From the NCBI GenBank assembly GCA_046483495.1, contig JAWODC010000035.1, forward strand, positions 1 to 31,757: 31,757 nt of DNA, written 5' to 3'. Each line of letters opens with the position of its first letter. Position 1 is the stretch's first letter. Under the pieces are notes generated by a model, which saw nothing but the letters and a program-made list of their open reading frames with translations, was not told the DNA's origin and made no database searches. The position numbers were made by a program, and so were the translations under genes. Shown here piece after piece: positions 28,573 to 31,757 of the stretch. This stretch comes from Desulfobacterales bacterium (GTDB taxonomy: Bacteria > Desulfobacterota > Desulfobacteria > Desulfobacterales > UBA5616).

Positions 28573-28720
28573 TAGAAGCGGTTTCAAAACCTTCAATCAG
28601 GTCCAAGATCAAGGCGGGAGGAAGGATTCAAGCGCAGGAATACATAACGTATTTTGAGCATTGAATCCTTCATTCCAACGCCGATATTGGGCCTGAGAGG
28701 AGGTTTTGAAACCACTTCTA
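28573..28720. mobile_element. 148-bp MITE-like palindromic element with 20-bp terminal inverted repeats bounded by TA
   Basis: Left end TAGAAGCGGTTTCAAAACCT and right end AGGTTTTGAAACCACTTCTA match 19/20 as an inverted repeat. The interior is also self-complementary, and no recognisable coding sequence is present. Confidence 0.75.
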
Positions 28721-28751
28721 CGAAAAAATGCTTGGTAATGGAAGGTAAAAA

Positions 28752-29303
28752 ATGGCTGAAAAAAAAAATGAAACCGTATTTTCCCTGGGTAAAAAAATAA
28801 AGAAGTTGAGAACCGGGAAAAAGATCACCTTGAATCAGTTGGCCAATGAGACAGGTTTTTCAATCGATAAAATAAAAAAAATCGAATCCGGCAAAGAACG
28901 ACCGCCGGTGGGGGCACTCCTGCAGATATCGAAGGCTTTGGAGGTGGATTCCAGTTTTTTGCTGAAGGAACAGGCTGCTGTCTCCAAAAAAAGGATCAAG
29001 GCATTTGTTGAACGTACAGAAGATTATGCCTACAGGACCTTGACACCAGGCGCTGAAAATAAACATCTTAAGGCGTTTGCCGTCACCATCGAGTCTATGC
29101 AGGAGCATAAAGGCGTTTCGTATCAGCACGAGGGGGAAGAATTTGTTTATGTGCTGTCCGGAAAGATCGAGGTCACCGTAGGAGAACACGTCACCTCACT
29201 GAAAAGCGGAGAAACCCTGCATTTCAATTCAGGCATCCGGCACAAATTGAAAAACACCGGAAAAGAAGACGCGGAACTGCTGGTGGTGCTCTATGTACCT
29301 TAA
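28752..29303 (+). CDS. XRE-family HTH regulator with a C-terminal cupin domain
   Basis: HTH LGKKIKKLR...LANETG...KIESGK, and cupin HEGEEFVYVLSG...GETLHFNSGIRH. Confidence 0.9.
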   Translation: MAEKKNETVFSLGKKIKKLRTGKKITLNQLANETGFSIDKIKKIESGKERPPVGALLQISKALEVDSSFLLKEQAAVSKKRIKAFVERTEDYAYRTLTPGAENKHLKAFAVTIESMQEHKGVSYQHEGEEFVYVLSGKIEVTVGEHVTSLKSGETLHFNSGIRHKLKNTGKEDAELLVVLYVP

Positions 29304-29341
29304 ATTTAAGGATCGAAGAAAAATATAGAAGGATCAACGCA

Positions 29342-30496
29342 ATGCCGTCTCATCTGACGCAAGAACAGCTCATGGTACAGTACATGGTACGGGAATTCTC
29401 CAGGAAAGTCCTTGCCGAAAGTGCCATGGAAAGGGATAAAACCAAAGCATTTCCAAAAGAAAACGTAAAAAAAATGGCCGATCTCGGGCTGATGGGCATG
29501 ATGATCCCCACTGAGTACGGGGGTGAGGGTGCCGATACGGTCAGCTATGTGCTGGCGTTGTCTGAGGTCGCCTACTCCTGCGCATCCACCGCTGTCGTGA
29601 TGTCGGTTCATAATTCCATAGTCTGTGAAAGCATCCTGGGGTTTGGAACCGAGCGCCAGAAAAAAACCTTTCTGCCTGAACTTTGTGCAGGAAATATGAT
29701 CGGTGCATTTGCCCTGACCGAGCCTCATGCCGGATCCGACCCGGTAGCCCAGTCCACCACCGCAGTAAGAGATGGTGACCAATACATCATCAACGGAACC
29801 AAGCGGTTTATTACCAGCGGAAAAAACGCCGGTCTCGTCGTTGTTACGGCCAAAACCGATGAGTCAAAACGCCATAAAGGCATCAGTGCTTTTATTGTGG
29901 AAAAAAATCGATCCGGCCTTATTGTAGGCGAGGCTGAAGATAAAATGGGGTTGAGGGCTTCGGACACAACCGACCTGATATTCAACGACTGCCGGGTTCC
30001 CGTTGAAAATCTTCTGGGCAAAGAGGGGGAAGGGTTCAAGCTTGCCATGACCGCTTTGGACGGCGGTAGAATCGGAATCGCCGCCCAGTCCGTAGGCGTT
30101 GCCTCTGCGGCGTTGGACGAAGCGATTAAATATGCAAAAAATCGTGACCAGTTCGGGCAACCCATATCCAAATTCCAGGGGCTGCGCTGGATGATAGCGG
30201 ACATGGCCACGGAAATCGAGGCGGCCCGACAATTGATGCTCTCCGCAGCAACCATGAAAGACCGTAAGGAAAATTTCACCACCCAGGCCTCCATGGCCAA
30301 ACTCTTCGCTTCGGAAATGGCCAATCGTGTGACGGAAAAAGCCTTGCAGATTCATGGCGGCTATGGGTTTACCAAGGACTACACTATAGAAAGACTTTAC
30401 CGGGACGCTCGCGTATTCACCATTTACGAAGGGACATCAGAAATCCAGCGAATTGTCATTTCTAATCATATGATTAAAGATAAGCGGAAGCTTTAG
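29342..30496 (+). CDS. Short-chain acyl-CoA (butyryl-CoA-like) dehydrogenase
   Basis: FALTEPHAGSD, NGTKRFIT, KMGLRAS, LDGGRIGIAAQ, QIHGGYG and IYEGTSEIQR. Confidence 0.93.
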   Translation: MPSHLTQEQLMVQYMVREFSRKVLAESAMERDKTKAFPKENVKKMADLGLMGMMIPTEYGGEGADTVSYVLALSEVAYSCASTAVVMSVHNSIVCESILGFGTERQKKTFLPELCAGNMIGAFALTEPHAGSDPVAQSTTAVRDGDQYIINGTKRFITSGKNAGLVVVTAKTDESKRHKGISAFIVEKNRSGLIVGEAEDKMGLRASDTTDLIFNDCRVPVENLLGKEGEGFKLAMTALDGGRIGIAAQSVGVASAALDEAIKYAKNRDQFGQPISKFQGLRWMIADMATEIEAARQLMLSAATMKDRKENFTTQASMAKLFASEMANRVTEKALQIHGGYGFTKDYTIERLYRDARVFTIYEGTSEIQRIVISNHMIKDKRKL

Positions 30497-30815
30497 GCCT
30501 TATTTGAAACCCATCATTCTATGTTGGTGAGTGCGAGAAATTTTTAATCTGGATGCGCACTCCTTGCCATGTTTCACGCTGAAAGATTTTGCGGACTACA
30601 CAATTCCTTCTTATTAAAATCGTTTTGAAATATGGTGTTACTATTACCATTTCCAAGGTCCGGTTGTCGGTTTTTTTCGAAATGAGATCAGGAAAACATA
30701 AAGCCGGCCAATATTTGTGATATCCTCCAAAAAGGGGATATATCAGAATAGGCAAAAGCCTGTGATATGTCTGACGATTGGCATTTCTAAAACTGCCCGT
30801 TTCACTTCTGACTGA

Positions 30816-31247
30816 TCAGGCAGTGCCGGTGACGGTCACCTCGATGCTCCGGTTGCGCGGGCGGTTGTCATGATTGACGGCAACGACCTGCTGCCAGGTT
30901 CCTAGTTTTAGAACACCGTTTCTAACGGGCAGCGTTATCGACGGGCTCATCAGAGCCGCCTGGACGTGACTGTGGCCATTTCCGTCATGCCATGCTTTTT
31001 CATGGGCGTATTCGATATCGGGCGGAGCCAACCGATCGAGCGCGGCTTTTAAATCTTCGATTACGCCGGGTTCGTATTCGATGGTCGTCAAAGACCCGGT
31101 GGACCCGACCATGCAGGCGTTGAGAACGCCGGTGGTTATTTCCGAAGCCTGCACGATTCGATTCAATTCTGAGGTAACATCCATGATATCCGGTCCTGTT
31201 TTCAGTTTAACCTCCAGGGTACGACAAAAAATCGAAACCGAGTTCAT
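30816..31247 (-). CDS. yjbQ: YjbQ/UPF0047 family protein (secondary thiamine-phosphate synthase family)
   Basis: GSTGSLTTIEYEPG, HDGNGHSHV and LGTWQQV. Confidence 0.88.
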   Translation of the reverse strand: MNSVSIFCRTLEVKLKTGPDIMDVTSELNRIVQASEITTGVLNACMVGSTGSLTTIEYEPGVIEDLKAALDRLAPPDIEYAHEKAWHDGNGHSHVQAALMSPSITLPVRNGVLKLGTWQQVVAVNHDNRPRNRSIEVTVTGTA

Positions 31248-31380
31248 ACTTTTATTGCCTCCATTTCCAGATACTATTCAATGCCGGTGATTTCCAAATC
31301 CATATGGTTATGCGCATCTCTCCATGGGATAATTCAAATGGAGCATTCTTTAAAATTCTATAACCATAAGGAGGTAAGCT

Positions 31381-31757
31381 ATGAAAATTTCAAACGCTGT
31401 AAAACTTTATCTTGACTATCACAAATCCCATTCCAAGGAAAACAGTGTGAGGGCCTATACGCTGGTGCTTACAAGGCTTTGTCAGGAATTTCAAGACGAG
31501 GACATGAACGTTATAACCACTGAAAGGATCCTCCCATTCCTGAATTCAATCACTGAAGGTAAAAAACAGCAAACTAAAAAGACTCGATATTCCCATCTTT
31601 TAGCCTTCTTTAATTTTGTAAGGATCAATCTCGACCCGAAGTTTCATAACCCCTGTGATACCCCAATGCTGAAAAAACTGTTCAGGGCTAAAACAAATTT
31701 TCATTGGAACATCATCGATAAAGAAACCGTTGATGAGATTATTTTTAGGACATCCAA
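31381..31757 (+). CDS. Tyrosine recombinase/integrase, N-terminal core-binding portion (runs off the window)
   Basis: Manual translation MKISNAVKLYLDYHKSHSKENSVRAYTLVL...KKQQTKKTRYSHLLAFFNFVRINLDPKFHNPCDTPMLKKLF...IIDKETVDEIIFRT is open to the window end. It matches the integrase SAM-like pattern (S/T-x-R-x-Y...L..FF.F...NP). AGGAGGT RBS. The catalytic domain is not visible. Confidence 0.7.
   Translation, partial: MKISNAVKLYLDYHKSHSKENSVRAYTLVLTRLCQEFQDEDMNVITTERILPFLNSITEGKKQQTKKTRYSHLLAFFNFVRINLDPKFHNPCDTPMLKKLFRAKTNFHWNIIDKETVDEIIFRTS

Noticed and set aside
30519..30755. 78-aa minus-strand ORF or IS remnant in the AT-rich spacer after the acyl-CoA dehydrogenase
   Set aside because: No recognisable motif, and no convincing terminal inverted repeats or target duplication.
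1..31757. CRISPR array, rRNA, prophage or defence-system genes
   Set aside because: No regularly spaced direct repeats and no recognisable cas, phage structural or defence proteins were seen.

Overview
Mostly housekeeping and metabolic DNA that reads like a sulfate-reducing Desulfobacterales (Deltaproteobacteria)-type genome; the taxonomy is inferred from gene content and protein style. From left to right: (1) thiS-thiG behind a TPP riboswitch, with thiG broken at 257/258 and joined to an unrelated GC-rich NuoE/HndA-like fragment, probably an assembly chimera; (2) HD-domain, SIMPL, CBS, TonB-receptor and aldo/keto-reductase genes; (3) a minus-strand block encoding an OYE-family flavin oxidoreductase, TreT, a GrdB/PrdB-like selenoprotein split by an in-frame UGA with a SECIS-like hairpin, an AMACR-like CoA-transferase, a non-catalytic HMGS-like/DUF35 fusion and a thiolase; (4) an aromatic amino acid cluster, aroA'-aroB'-aroA-aroC-tyrA followed by trpEGDCF, facing a convergent GntR-trpB-trpA unit; (5) tRNA-Ser, a 148-bp TA-flanked MITE, an XRE-cupin regulator, an acyl-CoA dehydrogenase, yjbQ and the 5' part of a tyrosine recombinase. 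The most interesting signals are absent from the ORF track. Two leader peptides, one with YFYWYYFF before the aro operon and one with WWWCAW before trpE, each precede the same tandem-terminator attenuator with a predicted cascade antitermination switch.
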